DNA from: the human T2T-CHM13v2.0 reference genome, Homo sapiens | Length of the DNA: 64,000 bases | NCBI RefSeq assembly: GCF_009914755.1 | Contig: NC_060926.1 | Direction: 5' to 3' (one strand) | Shown here: positions 41,708 to 56,494 of the stretch, piece by piece | Layout: every line of letters begins with the position of its first letter | How positions within the stretch are numbered: the first letter of the stretch is position 1 | The notes under the pieces: generated by a model | What the model saw: only the letters and a program-made list of their open reading frames with translations | The model's database searches: none | What the model was told of the DNA's origin: nothing | Program-made: the position numbers and the translations under genes

Positions 41708-41947
41708 AAAAGTGTACGATTTGTAGTAAGTTTGGTAAACTGTTCTAAATCTCACTTGCTTTACTCTATGAATGCGGATGATAGGGAGTATATGAGAATT
41801 AAATGAGGTAACTTAGGTACAGCACCTTATACATAACTTAACAAATGTTATGTCTTTATCCTTGGAGTGAGATTCCACCTGTGACTTAGCCACTAACCAG
41901 CTGTCTACCAAACCATGTCAACTTTTCTGGGCCTTAGCCTTCTCAAC

Positions 41948-42243
41948 TTTATTATTATTATTATTATTTCGGGATGGAGTCTAGCTCTGTCACCCAGGGT
42001 GGAGTGTAGTGGTGCAATCTCAGTTCACTGCAGTTTTTGCCTCCCAGGTTCAAGTGATTCTTCTGCCTCAACCTCCTGAGTATCTGGCACATGCCACCAC
42101 ACTTGGCTAATTTTTTGTATTTTTAGTAGAAACGGAGTTTGGCCATGTTGGCCAGGCTGGTCTCAAACTCCTGACCTCAAGTAATCCACCCGTCTCAGCC
42201 TCCCAACGGGCTGGGATTAGAGGCGTGACCCACTGTGCCTGGC
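41948..42243 (-). mobile_element. AluS with (TTA)n tail, inserted in a MIR
   Basis: Dimer; TSD tagc(c/t)ttct(c/t)aacttta. Confidence 0.93.
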
Positions 42244-44708
42244 TAGCTTTCTTAACTTTAAAGTGAAGGGGTTTGACTAAATTATCTTGAGGATCTCGTT
42301 CCAACCAAAGAATTCTATGATGCTAAACACAAAGAAACAAATACCTCAAACACTGGCCTGCTTAGATTTCAAAACTTCTGAGGTCTGGGTTCCACAAAAG
42401 GACAGAATTCAAGGGTTAAGGTAACTGGGTCACTAGTGCTAATTATGAAGAGCCTCTCTGAGTTGTTTGCTTGGACCCTGAATATTTGGTGGTCCCAGGA
42501 CTCCCAAGGTGATGTGCTCTTCAACACTTCTGAGAAAAAACACGTTTGGTCCTATCTAAGCCATGAATTGAGGAGGGAGACGAGCTGACTATGTTGGTTT
42601 CTTGCAGATGTCCAAGTATCAGTTCATTCTCCAAGGAGAGCTCCCTCACTGGTGTACTTGGGGCATAGGAGTATTCTAGGACTGCCTGAGGGCTGCCTGA
42701 GCACCTACTAGAATGCTAACTAAGCATGAGTGACCTGTTGGTTTCTGCCCCTATCCACTCCACCCTGGTCTTTTTTTTTTTTTTTTTTTAACTTATCAGT
42801 ATTGCACATTTATTTGCTATACTCAAAGAGCCTCTCTTTTATTAAAAGTAAATAGCATACGTGTAACTGTATTACAGCCCCTGAACATGTCTGTGCAAAG
42901 CAAGTCCTTTTTCTGACTGGAGCACACTTTACTTGTGAATCCAAATTAGAATAATAAATAAATAACTTTTTTTATAGCAGACCAACAAGCTTCTGGTGAA
43001 AATAGCTACTGCCTAATTTAAAATGCTATAGAAAAATTTGATTCTTTCTTGATATTTTATGATGTTAGAGGTTCTCCCCCCACACAGCAAAGTTTACAAA
43101 TATACTGTACATCCAGCTAATACTACAGCCTTAGAGTAACTGCATTTTCCTACATAATTTTAAGCCTATCTTCAGGAGTTCTAAACAAAGTAAAAAGCAC
43201 ATACATTTCCATCCATAAAATACAGCACAAATCTCACTACATTTTCTCAGGGGTAAAAGAAAGAAGTATCTCCATGCTCTGGGAACCATTGACAGAACAT
43301 ATTGCAATCTTTTCATTAAGTTCACACTAAATGAGGATTTAACGCATGGGCAAAACATTCCATCCCTAGAGGTTCCAGTGCCCATAATCCCACCTTGAAA
43401 ATATCTCCATATTAATTGTTGCAGCCAAGTGGACACGGAGTTTTGCTGCTTGGCACTCCTACTTCACAGATAACTAACTGCAATCATGGAAACCTTGGTT
43501 TTTTATTTTCTAATACATCCTTATTCGAGCAAATATTTCATATATTCCTTTAAACCCAGAAAATCCATGTGGATCAAGCTAAACAGTAATGCCTTTAATG
43601 TATTTTGATCTTAACTGTATGACTTTTAGAATATTTATAAATACATGTACTTCTGTTAGACACATGTATCTATACTCTGCTTTAAAATTTGATATCTGAA
43701 AATTCATATTTCAGAAACTGATAAATTGCAGATTGGTCATCCACATTACTAAAAAACTAGCTGAGGCTTCCTTTAAGAAACTGTATCCCTAGTTAATTTA
43801 AAATATGATCCAATGTATAAGTATTTTGTTTTCACATCACTCCTGGGATGCATTTATTGTTTAAAGTGAGGTACACCTGGATGAAATGAATGTTTATAAG
43901 TTCTGGCTTACCTTTTCCATTTCTGTGCCTCAGGCTGTTAGCTGCCGAAGTCCTACTTTCTCTAAAATCATGTACTTCAGCCATTTAATAAACTCATAAT
44001 AAGTGAGTTTCCCAAATAACCATTGGGACATATTTTACACTCATTTTCTTAAAACAAAGAAAATAAAAATTTCTTGTGTAGTAAATCCCTCACTACTCAC
44101 AATTCTACCTCACAAATAAGAAGAGCTTAGTTGTTTCCAGAGACTGTACACAGTTTGCAACTCTGGCATGGTGGAAAATCCTGGCACATGAACAGCCAGT
44201 AGGAGCAATGTGCCAGTTTTGAATTGTTCACTGTTTTTATTATAGGTTCTAGGTTTCAGATGAACAGGAGCCTCCTATTGCTTTTATAGCAGGATATTAA
44301 ATTGTAGCCTCTGGCAGGAGGCACCTGCCCTCTTCCTGGCATGCTGTAGTCAGTCTTTGGCCATGTGGTACTCTAGTGTAATGTATATTTTGTGTTTTGC
44401 TCTACATGGGGATTTAAACATAGCGGAACACAATCTCTCCCTGAAGGTATGCAACCCTTGGTGTCAGGTCTTGATAAAGTCTTCACACTACCGTACTAAA
44501 ATTCAATGTGTATGGAAGGTCCTGCCTTCCACAGAATGTTTTTAGTGGTAGAATGAAATAAAATTTTATGAGCATCTTAGACAAATGTATATAATATCTT
44601 GTTGCCTTTGGATAGAACTTTCCTGATAGCTCCTTTGCCCTGGCTGTCTGTTCTGTTGACCACACATGATGATGTGTTTAAGTCCACCTAGTATTTGGAG
44701 AATTAATC

Positions 44709-44740
<32 letters not shown>
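44709..44740. repeat. (AT)13(AC)3 microsatellite
   Basis: Directly visible. Confidence 0.95.
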
Positions 44741-45576
44741 TGATTCCTTGTCCATGCTCTGCAGGCAGATCAGTATATTCTCCCCCAGATTTAAAACTAA
44801 GAGTATTGGAAGTAATTAATAATCTTTGAATACACTGTAAATCTTTGTCATTTATTGATGAATATTCAATCATATATTTCAAAAAACTGGAATGTACAAG
44901 TAGTACAAAGTTTTGCTCTTATAATTGCAGTACAGAGCAATGATTTAGTCTGTTATTAAAATAAAAGGCACAACTTTAACATCCTTAGTTTTAATAGTGT
45001 GATCTGAAGTTTATTTTGATGGCATTTCTCTTGAAGTTCCATCTTCTAGAATTGTCTAGCTGAGCTTACAACTTACTACTCAGTTAAAAAGAGTAATTAA
45101 ATCTGTTAATGCACAATTGTGGAAGTATGGATGGCTTTTTGAAATGCGATATATTTAACCTTTACCTTATTTATTAAATCATGAAAACAGCTCACAGGAT
45201 TAGAATACATCTTAAAGTTTTCTAGCCCCACCACCCTCATGATACTTATCTCTAAATTTTTTGCCAAACTATTCTTCATAGGTGTACCTCAGTTGTAATG
45301 AACCACCTCAGGATTGGCCTCCTACCAGATGTACCAAACAATGCCGTTCCCTGCCCCCAATCCCAGAGTGCTGCTTACATACTTGATTAAGAGAAAGTTT
45401 TGGCATCTTCTGAACCTAGAAAGAGGTCTCTTATTGATTGTTAATTGAAGGTGTGTCCGTTAATTTTAAGCTTTAAACACCTCATGTGCCCTTAGCAATT
45501 AGACTTTTGTTTCTAACTTCCTCAAAATCTACATTAAAAGACATTCAATAATTGGAATGTGAAATGATGTAAGAGG

Positions 45577-45763
45577 TAGTGGTGTGCTGAAATAGGCTCC
45601 TACCTGCTTGTATGGCTCACTAGTTGAGTGACATTGAGTTAAGTGACATCCCTTTGGTAGCTTGAAATCAGCCATGGTGGGATCATTTACACCACAGAAA
45701 ATGGCGAGTGATTTAAATCCCCCTCACTCCAGCCAACTGTTAAACATTTACCAGTATACTACT
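45577..45763. mobile_element. MER63-like hAT-Blackjack MITE
   Basis: TIRs agtggtgtgctg...cagtatactactg; gttaaacatttaccag subterminal motif. Confidence 0.7.
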
Positions 45764-45957
45764 GCATAAGGAGGTGTACATAATTGAATATTAAAGGAGA
45801 TAACAGGTAAAATGCATGCCAGATACTCTGCCTTAAAGAAACCAGATGAATTAAGAGGTTCTGGCTTTAAAAAATAAATATTATGGTAATGTAGATAACT
45901 GAAAAAATGAAAGATAAAAGAACCTTAAGCTAGAGACTATTATAAAAATATCCCGTC

Positions 45958-46021
45958 TCTCAAAATGACTTGTTCTCTTTGGGGTCAGTTCTCAAAATGA
46001 CTTGTTTTCTTTGGGGTCAGT
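45958..46021. repeat. 32-bp tandem duplication (1 mismatch)
   Basis: TCTCAAAATGACTTGTT(C/T)TCTTTGGGGTCAGT x2. Confidence 0.95.
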
Positions 46022-46254
46022 TTTTTATAACTTCTTCAGGAAACTTGAAAATTTACTTAGATTACTTGCAAAAAAAACACTTTTCTTTGCAAATATTCTA
46101 TATGGAGGAATCACCACATAGTTTTGGATAACTGAGCCATGAACTGAAAGTCTCTGAGTTGACTTGCAGAAGCATTTTACAAAGTAATGATACCCACTTT
46201 TAAAAAATCTATGATTACGTATGGATGTGATAATCTGTAGCAGCACTATCAGAT

Positions 46255-46545
46255 AAATAATACATATTTAAAAAATTTCTGTAATTACATGTTTACCCGA
46301 TAGGCCAGAACGACTCTGTCCCAAGGAGCTGTTACAGACTGAGTAAATAATACATGTTTTAAAGTCCATAATTACATATGTAAACGATAGACTATCGAGT
46401 AAATAATGCACATTTTAAAAAGTCCATAATTATATATTTACATGATAGTCTGTAAATTCTGTAATTACTTATTTACACAATAGACCATAACAGCTGTTAC
46501 AGTCTATTATGTTAACTCTCATAGAATTATATTATGGATTTTTAA
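46255..46545. repeat. Degenerate ~50-bp tandem array with CpG-decayed palindromes; family not recognised
   Basis: Four copies of a ...TAATTACATRTTTACNCGATAGRC-like unit; palindromes CGATAGaCTATCG and AATAGACcaTAACAGCTGTTAcaGTCTATT. Confidence 0.7.
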
Positions 46546-47452
46546 AAACACCATAAAGAACCTAAGGAATGAAATGATAGCAATGAAATAAAATATAAAC
46601 TTCCACTTATTATAGCTCTCTCAAAAGAGGAGAATTTTGAGTTCAGGTGAAACTCATGACTGATACTTTATCAGTAATTTCTGACTTAAAATTTATTCAC
46701 AAAAATATAGGTTAAGGAATCAAAGGATGAGGAATAACTGGGCAGTATGTATTAGGCCAAGTTTTTAAGCATTTCCAAGGATAAAACTTACTCTTGGTGG
46801 CATAAATAAAGACTTGTATGTAACTTTTATGTTTTTTAGACCTCATAAAATTGCAGTGGAGCATAAAAATGAAAACTGTATTTGTGTCTTTTATGTATTA
46901 TTTAAGTATAGTAGAATTAAAATACTGTAGAATATTCTCTGGTTTATACCTAATGATAACATGTTGGGGCATATTCGTGTAGGCTATATATAATGATAAC
47001 ATATGCATTTGTGTGTTTTTTGTGGGAATTACAGTTGCTTTCTTGACCTTTTAAGGGTCCTCATGGGTTAAGGATTCATACCATACATTTTATGGCTCAG
47101 CTTCTGAATTTATTCTAAAGTTAAATACAAGATCAATGCAACTAAATGAAACTTCTATCCGTAATGACTACTAAATAGCAAGGCTCAATCAAGCAAGTTA
47201 GAATCTGTCATTTAGTGATATTGGACCACATATTCTTAGTTACAAAACATAGTATAGGAGAAACCTTTGATCCTATTTGTTAGGTATTATTTTGTAAAAT
47301 ATTTGACAGCTTAAAGTAAGTGAGTGCTTGAGTTTCAGAGAACTGTTGTAGAAAAGTTAATCTTCACATCTCTTAAAATTTATTTTCATTTCACATTTGA
47401 GCTGTAGACCCCTGACAAGTCTCAGCAATACTGTGGACAAAGTTACTTAAAC

Positions 47453-47692
47453 CAGGGGCTTTCAAATTTCTTTAAATGCAACTCCTGATAAGAAATATTT
47501 AATGTTAGTACCCAGTATGCACATACATATATACCAAACTTTTACAAAACCATACATACTCTTATGAAATGTAATATACTCTGATATCTGTTCTTTTGTA
47601 TTCTATTCCATTGTGTAAAAATGCTGGTTGTAACTCACCAAATTGATTTCATGATCTACAAATAGGTCACATCTGCAATTTGAAAAACACTG
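47453..47692. mobile_element. hAT-Charlie-type element
   Basis: caggggctttcaaa...aaatgctggttgtaactcaccaaattgatttcatga...tttgaaaaacactg TIR pair. Confidence 0.7.
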
Positions 47693-48689
47693 AACACTGA
47701 TTTAGAGAATGCTTTTTTCTTTTCTTTTTTTTTTGCTGGAGTATGCAGGATTTCCTTACTTTATACTAGGTAGACAAAATCTGGTTACATTTGAGATGAA
47801 ATGTTTTATTGGTGGATCATATTTGTATAATCTAACAAAAATGACTCATTATTCATGAGTCCAGAAATATATTAAAATATTATAAATTTTTCTCATATAT
47901 GTCTAGTTTTACAGATCTTGAAATAGAGCATCCTAGTATATATTATTCTAGAGTTGTGGTTATTATTGAAACTGTAGAAATTATTTAATGGGAGCTATGC
48001 AGAGTGATAAATCAGATACTCAGAATGTCCTGCTTGAGAAGGGATTTATTTCATGGGTATTGTTGATATTCCCAGTGCACATTTGGAATCAGACAAGAAA
48101 AAAAGGAAATAGTAACCAGAAATGATAACTGGTCTGAAAGAGCATTTCATCTTCTTTGTATGGTAAGAAAGTCCTTGAATAATAAAATATAATAGGGTAT
48201 TAAAATGTATCTAAATTTTAATGAGTGAATTAACTTGACACTTAAGATCTGAAATGAAAAAGTCACCATTAATTTGTAAATAAAGTTAAATATTTTAAAA
48301 ATTATTGTTTTACTCTCCTTTCCATTATATATGTTAATGTTCACGAAAATACAGTATGCTAAGATTTTTTTTTCAGAAGCCATGCCTCTGATTGTGTAAT
48401 GGAAGTTCTAAAATTGGTAAATATTCACTAAACAAATATCTAAAATCTATACTGACTGCTAGTCTCTATCTCGTCAATACTTTACATTTGGTGACCAGGG
48501 AGAATGGAAGGAGTTTCTTCAAGTATTCCTCAGTGATCTCTGTAATGTTCATGACTCTGAATAGGCTCTGTGGGTAGAATATCTTCATACCACAGCTAGT
48601 TTATATTTGTCAATTAGTCATAATGTCAAATACATGTCATGACAAATCTTTTGAGTTTCAAAAAACATCCGCTCTGCTGTTGTTTCACC

Positions 48690-49322
48690 CATTTCTTCTC
48701 CTGCATTTCTTCCCTTAGAGTTCAGCTCTCCATATATCCAGCCTCTCAAGCTCCTAACTCCCTCCCTGTCCTTCATTCTTCTTCATTCTTCCTCTCTTCA
48801 TTCTTCCTGACTAGTCAATGCCACATCTTTTATGGTCTATTTCCTAAATATATCTTGAACTTGCCCCTTGTTTCCTTTCCGACTGCCATTTCCTACGTTC
48901 AGACCCTCATGATTTCCTCCCTGGATTCCTCTAAGCCTCTGGAGTGATCCTCCTGCCTCCAGCCTACTGCTATCACTTTTGTCTTCCCCACAGCTATTGG
49001 GGCAGTTCTAAAAATGAGATCATGATCATGGCGCCCTCTGCTGAGGATTCCCTTTCCCTTTGTTTTCTCTGACCAGCTTTGCTCATCCTTCACAACGTGG
49101 AAACAGCGCCTCCTCCCATAGGCCTTCCCTGCCTCCCTGCGTCCCCATAGCACGCTGAGTGGGCCTAGTAGTACCTTGAGCATAGCTCTATTAGGGCACT
49201 GTCAAACTATTTTACTGCGTGTTTGTATCTCTTCCTCATTAAATTTTAACTTCTTAAAGGTAATGACCTTATCTCTTTGGCAGGAAATATTAAGTACCCA
49301 ATAAATATTTGTGGAATGATTA
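48690..49322 (+). mobile_element. L2 3' region
   Basis: Pyrimidine-rich L2 motifs; ends aataaatatttgtggaatga. Confidence 0.7.
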
Positions 49323-50589
49323 GATGGCAGAACCACTGTCTGAAAACATTAACCTCCAATTCAGGCTGGTATTTTTCAATTAGATTTGTCATAAGTTGAA
49401 CTTGATCTTTTCAATGGTTACTAGAGAAAATAGAAATAGGGAATGGAGAAATAGGAGACACAACTTAGAAAGATGAAAATTTCCCTTCTAATTACAGAGT
49501 TGATCAGGAATTTTGTGGTTCTAGAATCCAAACTGTAAAACTACTGCTTCCATCGCAAAGATTCATTGCTACTGTAATGATTTCTTTAAAAACATTATAT
49601 ATTAAAGAAAGGTATTGAAATCTACTCCCTTCCTGAATGTTTTATAAGTATTTATAAATTATTTCCACATTGCACATAGCAGCTTTTTCTCAAACTCTAT
49701 ACCCAATTTGGATGTTGCAGTTTTAAAATGTAGACCACTTATTTAAAAAGAACATTTCTTTAGCTATATTCTGCAACTATGTATGGACATTATCCATACA
49801 TGGGTAATTTGTTTTTTTCTGAAGGAATTTTCCTCTTGCTCTTTTGAAGTTTTGGAAGTTTGTGATTTAATAGCAAATGATTGCATAACTTTTCTGTTGT
49901 AATGTCGAGTACGTATGTGTTGGAGAAGTTATTTATTTTATATGCATTTGTTGTTTTCTTTTTTATTATTATACTGGAATTTGAAGACAGAGAGAGATTT
50001 CTTCCCTGCAGTGTTAACTACAGAAAGGGCTAGCATTATGGAATGTCACTTGACTGGCTCTTATAATGATAAATATTTCCATGACAAAACCTACTGTGAA
50101 CCTGTCTGTATGCTACAGAAATTTCTCTCTCCCTTGGCTACTACTTTACTTCAAGAAGAACATAGAGAAAATATAATAGATTACTTCTAAACACTCATCA
50201 AAAATTAAATAAAACACAGGTAAAATAAAGGCTATCTTTCCCTTTATATTATTCTGCTATCAGTTCTGCAGTATGTAGATTTTATTCATTTTTTTTTTTT
50301 GCCCTTATTCAAAGTTGATGCTCTTGGTGGTGCTATTGTCCATTTATAAATACGCCTTGAAATTCAGGGTGTGTGCCAAAGATATTGATAAGCTAGATTC
50401 TTTGTCTAGTGACCATTCATTTATTTATTCATTAAAAATATTGAGTACCCATTGGACATGCAAAAATGAACACAAATTCTGGCCTCAAGTAGTGCAGAGT
50501 CTAGAAGTGGCAATAAGACATGTACATAATATGACAAAAGTAAAAAAGTGATATGAAACTCTAACCGCTTCTTACCGGCTCCAGTGCTT

Positions 50590-51263
50590 GCATGAAGTGT
50601 GTGAGTCACTATCATCTCTTGCTTACATAACTACAGGGCCTACTAATTGGTCCCCCTACTCCTACTTCTCACACACCCCAGCACTCTCAACACAGCAGCC
50701 AGAAGCTCCTTTTAAATTAAAAGTCAGATGATGTCACTCCTCAGCTTCAGAACTCTGTAATAGCACTCATTTCACTGCCATGATATGTCCCTTCAAACCC
50801 CCACACCAATGGCCTCTGACCTTATTTCCTACTACCTTTCCCCTCCCCAGGTTCCCTCAAGCCCCTCTGGCCTCTTTTTTGTCCCTCAACAGCACCAGGC
50901 GCGTTTCTAGTTCTTTGTTCTAGGTCTTCGCCACAGATCTATGTTACTAATGCCCTCACCTCCTTCAAGTCTTTGCTCAGATGTCACCTCTAAGTAAACC
51001 CTATCTTAACCACTGCATTACAGGTTGCAACCCCCTACACTCCCATCCCGTTACTCTGCTCTACATTTCATGTTCCAAAGAATCTATCACCTTTTAAATG
51101 CTACGTGATTTTTTTTGTGTATTCTATTTATTGTTGTTTCTCCTTGTTAGAATCTCAGCTCCATAAGGCAGGGGTCTTTTCCTCTTTTCACTGATGCATC
51201 TGAAGCTCCTAGAAGAGGACCAGCCCATAATAAGTGCTCAGTAATGTTGGTTGAATGAATGAA
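50590..51263 (+). mobile_element. L2a 3' end
   Basis: ctcaacacagcagccaga, tccttcaagtctttgctcagatgtcacc; ends gttgaatgaatgaa. Confidence 0.85.
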
Positions 51264-52199
51264 AAGATGAATGAGAGTTACAGGTAGAATGTTATTCAAA
51301 TGTATAGGAGAAAGAGACTTATTCTAAGAAGAAAGGACTGGGAAGGCCTCAATGGAGGTTTATCTAAATTAGATGTTGATATATGAGTAAGGTTTGGACA
51401 CATGCAAATACATTTCGGTGAAACAGTTTAGCTTGTCATTTTAAGTTTTCTTTTACCTTTAATATTGTCTTGTAATTCATATTCATAATATTTGTGTTAA
51501 AGTCAATTAAAAGGGCACATTGAAGATAGGATTAAGTGCAGAAAGAAATAGGAAAACAACTGGTTTTTTTGGTAGGAGAGTATACTTTCCACCTAAGTCT
51601 GTATAACAGTTCATTTTGCTTTGTAGTCCAATCTCTCCAGACTAAAACGAAAAAAAGAAAATAAAAATTATTATAGCAATCACATCGTCAGTCACCTTCC
51701 TCCTGCTCTTTCAAAATTATCTCAGAGACCTGATGTCCTCAAAGCCTATTTCTATTTAACTAAACATTCATTAAATCCAACATATGGTTTAAAAATTATT
51801 TCTGTTATTTGGATGTTTTGCAGCTCTTTAACTTCTTTTTGACATATTTAGAGAAAAAATTACTATAAGTGTTAACATCAGATAATCAGCCAGTATAATA
51901 TAATGCTAACAACAACATAGTTTAGCTTATAGAGAAATCCTATATTAAAGTGCCTGCCTGATTTCTGCCTTCTTTTATTTCTTACTTAAACTGCTCAAAA
52001 TGAAGCTTTTACTGCAGCACCAAACACTGAACTCAGAAGCTCAATACTAAAATGGCTGGAGGCCATGCTGAAAATTAAGCAGCAAAGAACTAAGGAACAA
52101 CATGAAATACTATTTCAAGTGATGCTTTGCTAATTTGGCAAGATGCTGTTGCTAAGGTACTGGTTTTCTCTGCCTGCTCGCCTCTTATTCTTTCTTGAC

Positions 52200-53045
52200 C
52201 ACACTACAGATAGGCTTTTATACTTGTCACTCTACTGAAATTCCCTATACTTATCTTTGACATCTCACGGCATCTGATGCACTTGAAACACTTTTTTGGT
52301 GTTGGTGAGTATTCCTGAACATCACACCTAGGGTCACCTTCCTACCTCACTGGTCCTTCATCATATATCTCGGCTAGATCTTCCTCCCACTCCCCCTCAT
52401 TGCCACCTGAACATATTGGTGTGTTCTGGGACCAGTCTTCACATGTCTTATACTCTGGATCTGCACTCACTGTTGGGGCAATACACTATTCCCATGGCTT
52501 AGATCCCATGTACGTACTGATGACCACAAGTGTTTTTCTCTAGCACCTGCCTCTCTTCTAATCTCCAAGTGCTTATCATCATCTAATAGACATCTCAAAA
52601 TTAGCATGTTTAACACAGAACACTTGGTTTCCACTTAGCCTCACTCTGCAAACCCTTTTCCTGCAGTGTTCTGTATTTCAATCAATATACCACCACCATT
52701 GCCATTTATTCAATTACTTAGGCAAACCCTTGACTCATCCTAGATTCCTCTCTTTTGGACCACACATCCAACCCATTAGCAATTTCAGCTGGCTATATTA
52801 TCAAAATATATTCTATATTTGGCCCTTCTTCCCAATTTTCTTTGTCCACCCTATTGAAAATAGCACCCGCTGTGGGTCACTTTTCCTGCTTCACTTTCCC
52901 CATGGCAGTTATCGCTATGAATTTATGTTATGGTATAGTGCCTGTCTCACCACGACAATGTGAAGGCAATGTGTACCTGCCTGTTCCCTGGCACATGGTA
53001 GGCACTCGATAATTTTTTGAACAAGTGAATAGATGCTGAATAAAT
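52200..53045 (+). mobile_element. L2 3' region
   Basis: aatagacatctcaaaattagcatgt, ccttgactcatccttagattcctctc, ctggcacatggtaggcactc. Confidence 0.75.
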
Positions 53046-54629
53046 ATACATTATTTAAGTCTGATTTTATTTATTTTTGCCTCTGTTGTTTTCCCTAATT
53101 CTTTTTTCCTCAATAAAAACATGTCATGTTTTAACCACTCTACATGTCCTGTTAAGGGTGATTTAAAAAAAAAATTATATTAACCAAAAAATAGTATAGA
53201 TGATCCTGGAAAACTTGGAAAATATTCACTGGAAATTATAAATCTTCACCCATTTATACTCTGTCTGGCATATTATATTAGCTTAAGATAATTCAGATAC
53301 TGGCTGCAGTTTTTTAAAAAAGGTTTCCTTAGAGATATAGATTCCCATCAAAACCAAATACAAAAAGAACATGAAGCAGAAAGAGATACAGAAAGACAGA
53401 ATATGAATATTTAGTGCTTTCTGCATAATTTTCATTCAGTCCATGAAGACCTTGTAGAAACTAGATCAGTTATTTCCTATTTGCCTTGACCCAATTCAAC
53501 CTATAGCCCTTAGGCTGGTCAGAACTGGAACTAGGTTTTTGACAGATGTTAATAGAAAGTTAACAGAAAATCATGGAGATAAAAAAGTGAGAAATGAAAG
53601 CAAAGTGTCAGCACAGGGGTGAGCTGCCCAAGTATCTATGCACCAATAACCATAAGAAGACAGACTTATGGGCTCCCACTTGGTCTTCTTCATCATCCCA
53701 CTCACCTCAGGGTCTTCTCACCTTCTTCCTGTGCTGGGTTCTGCATTGATGAACAAGAAATTATAGCACACTTTTTAGTTCTTCCTCTCCCACTGGGGTA
53801 CAAGTCAAGCTGAACAACTAGGACAGTCGTACCTTTAGGATCAATTTTCCCTTGATGTTTTGGTCGTTCTGTGTGTGTATTTGCTATTAGAAAATTCTCA
53901 AAGGAGAATCCTAAGTAATGTCAAAGTGGACCTATGTGGAAATTTCTGTTAGAAAAACTGCTCCTCCCTGGAGGAATCATTTACCTATAGCAAAGGCAGA
54001 TGATTCTATGGTCACTGGGCCTAAGAATGTATCAGTGCACGTGATTTCGAGCAGCCTGCTTGGGTATTTGTTATTTGATTAAGTAACTGTCTAGATTTTT
54101 TGAACCAATAATTTATTTAATTTAAACTAATCTGAGGGGTTGGTGGAGAAGCCAGTCTGAGTCAGTGAAAATAATGAATTGTGATTTAAAAAAAAAAAAT
54201 GCAATTTATTTTCACTCACAAAAACCTAGCAGCTAATACTTTTGTCAAGTAGAGATCCTGCCAGATCCAAAAGATAAGAATTGCTTTATATACAAATGAT
54301 CATGCCAAAGGACTAAAGAAACAGTTGTGTTGCATTAAAGAGGTTAGTACATATGCCCCTAAAATCTTATTTTTTGGATTTATATAAACCAATCCCAACT
54401 ATTTCCTAATTTTTACAAATTTAAAATTATAATAGACAAAGAATTTGTAAACCACATGTTTGAACAAAACTCTGGGACACACAAACTGAAAGATAAGGGC
54501 AGAATATTTTAAATTAAAGGTATTTTAGAAAATCTGGACCAGGCTACTACCCCAAACATAAGACACATAGTTAGCCTGCGCCCAACTCTTTCATGTCTGC
54601 AAGATTAGAAACTGAGGCCAAGGATGTAA

Positions 54630-54966
<337 letters not shown>

Positions 54967-55279
54967 GATAATTATAACATTTCTGATGGATATAGGTGAA
55001 AGTAAGTTTGAATACAACCCACCCAAAACAGTGTTTGAAGATGTTTTCCTCAACCGTTCTTCCTATTTTATACTTTGTTGTATTTACAAACTGCTTCAAA
55101 GTTTTGCTTAAGTATATCTATTGGATTATGTGACATTTACATGATAGGTTTCATAGGTTTTTAAAAGTCATTCCTTCTATTTATTAATTCAGTGAATACA
55201 AATCTGTCATGATGCATTGATAATCCCCTTAGTTTTTATTATTTTGTGTTGAATATATTAATGTTTCCCTTCAAACTCA

Positions 55280-55735
<456 letters not shown>

Positions 55736-56494
55736 TCAGTTTGAAATCACTACAGTCTATGGCTACTAGTTTTCAATTCATATGTGAGTAAGTGTATTTC
55801 ATAGTTTTAAAACTCCACACATGATTCTTTTATGTCACGTGTTTTAAATTAGGCACAATAATGTGTGTGTTAGAAACCTACTTGGAGTTAGTTGATGCAG
55901 AGATGTTTGGGGACTTCACATCCATTTTCTAATCTCTAGTTCTCATATACTTCCTAAACTTGGAAAAATTTTGCATTGTACAAGCCATGAAGAAATTTGA
56001 ATGTTGAAACAATTATTCTTTTCTTTTTCTTACTTCTGTGGAAATTAAACAACAAAAAAACTTTGTTAATTCAAGACTGTATTATGCCTGAGGTTTTAAA
56101 TACACAAAAGTCAGTAAAATAAAAGTGATGGTTCCTAGAGCAAGTATAATTCAGCTATATTGCACATATATATTAAAGCATAAAAGTTAACACCATATGT
56201 ACAAAATACTACACGGGCCCATTTGTGTCACAACTGATAAATGCACAACTCCTATAGGAGCTGTGAGCTCTTATAAGAGCCCAAGATTTGAGTCCCAGAT
56301 ATGAGAGAGGTTTAGGTACGGTTGTGAGAATACTGCTGCATTTCTTCTGTAAATTTTAAATTTCAACCAGAAAGCTGTTGAAGCTAAAATTTCATTAGGG
56401 AAACAGTGTTAGCACTTCTGATTTTTACAGTCACAGATTTGTTTGTATATTATAAATTCAGAATGGTCTTTGCCATTTATTGGTTGTTGCTGGT

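Noticed and set aside
46255-46545. CRISPR-like repeat-spacer appearance
   Set aside because: Eukaryotic context, degenerate unequal repeats, no unique constant-length spacers, no cas genes
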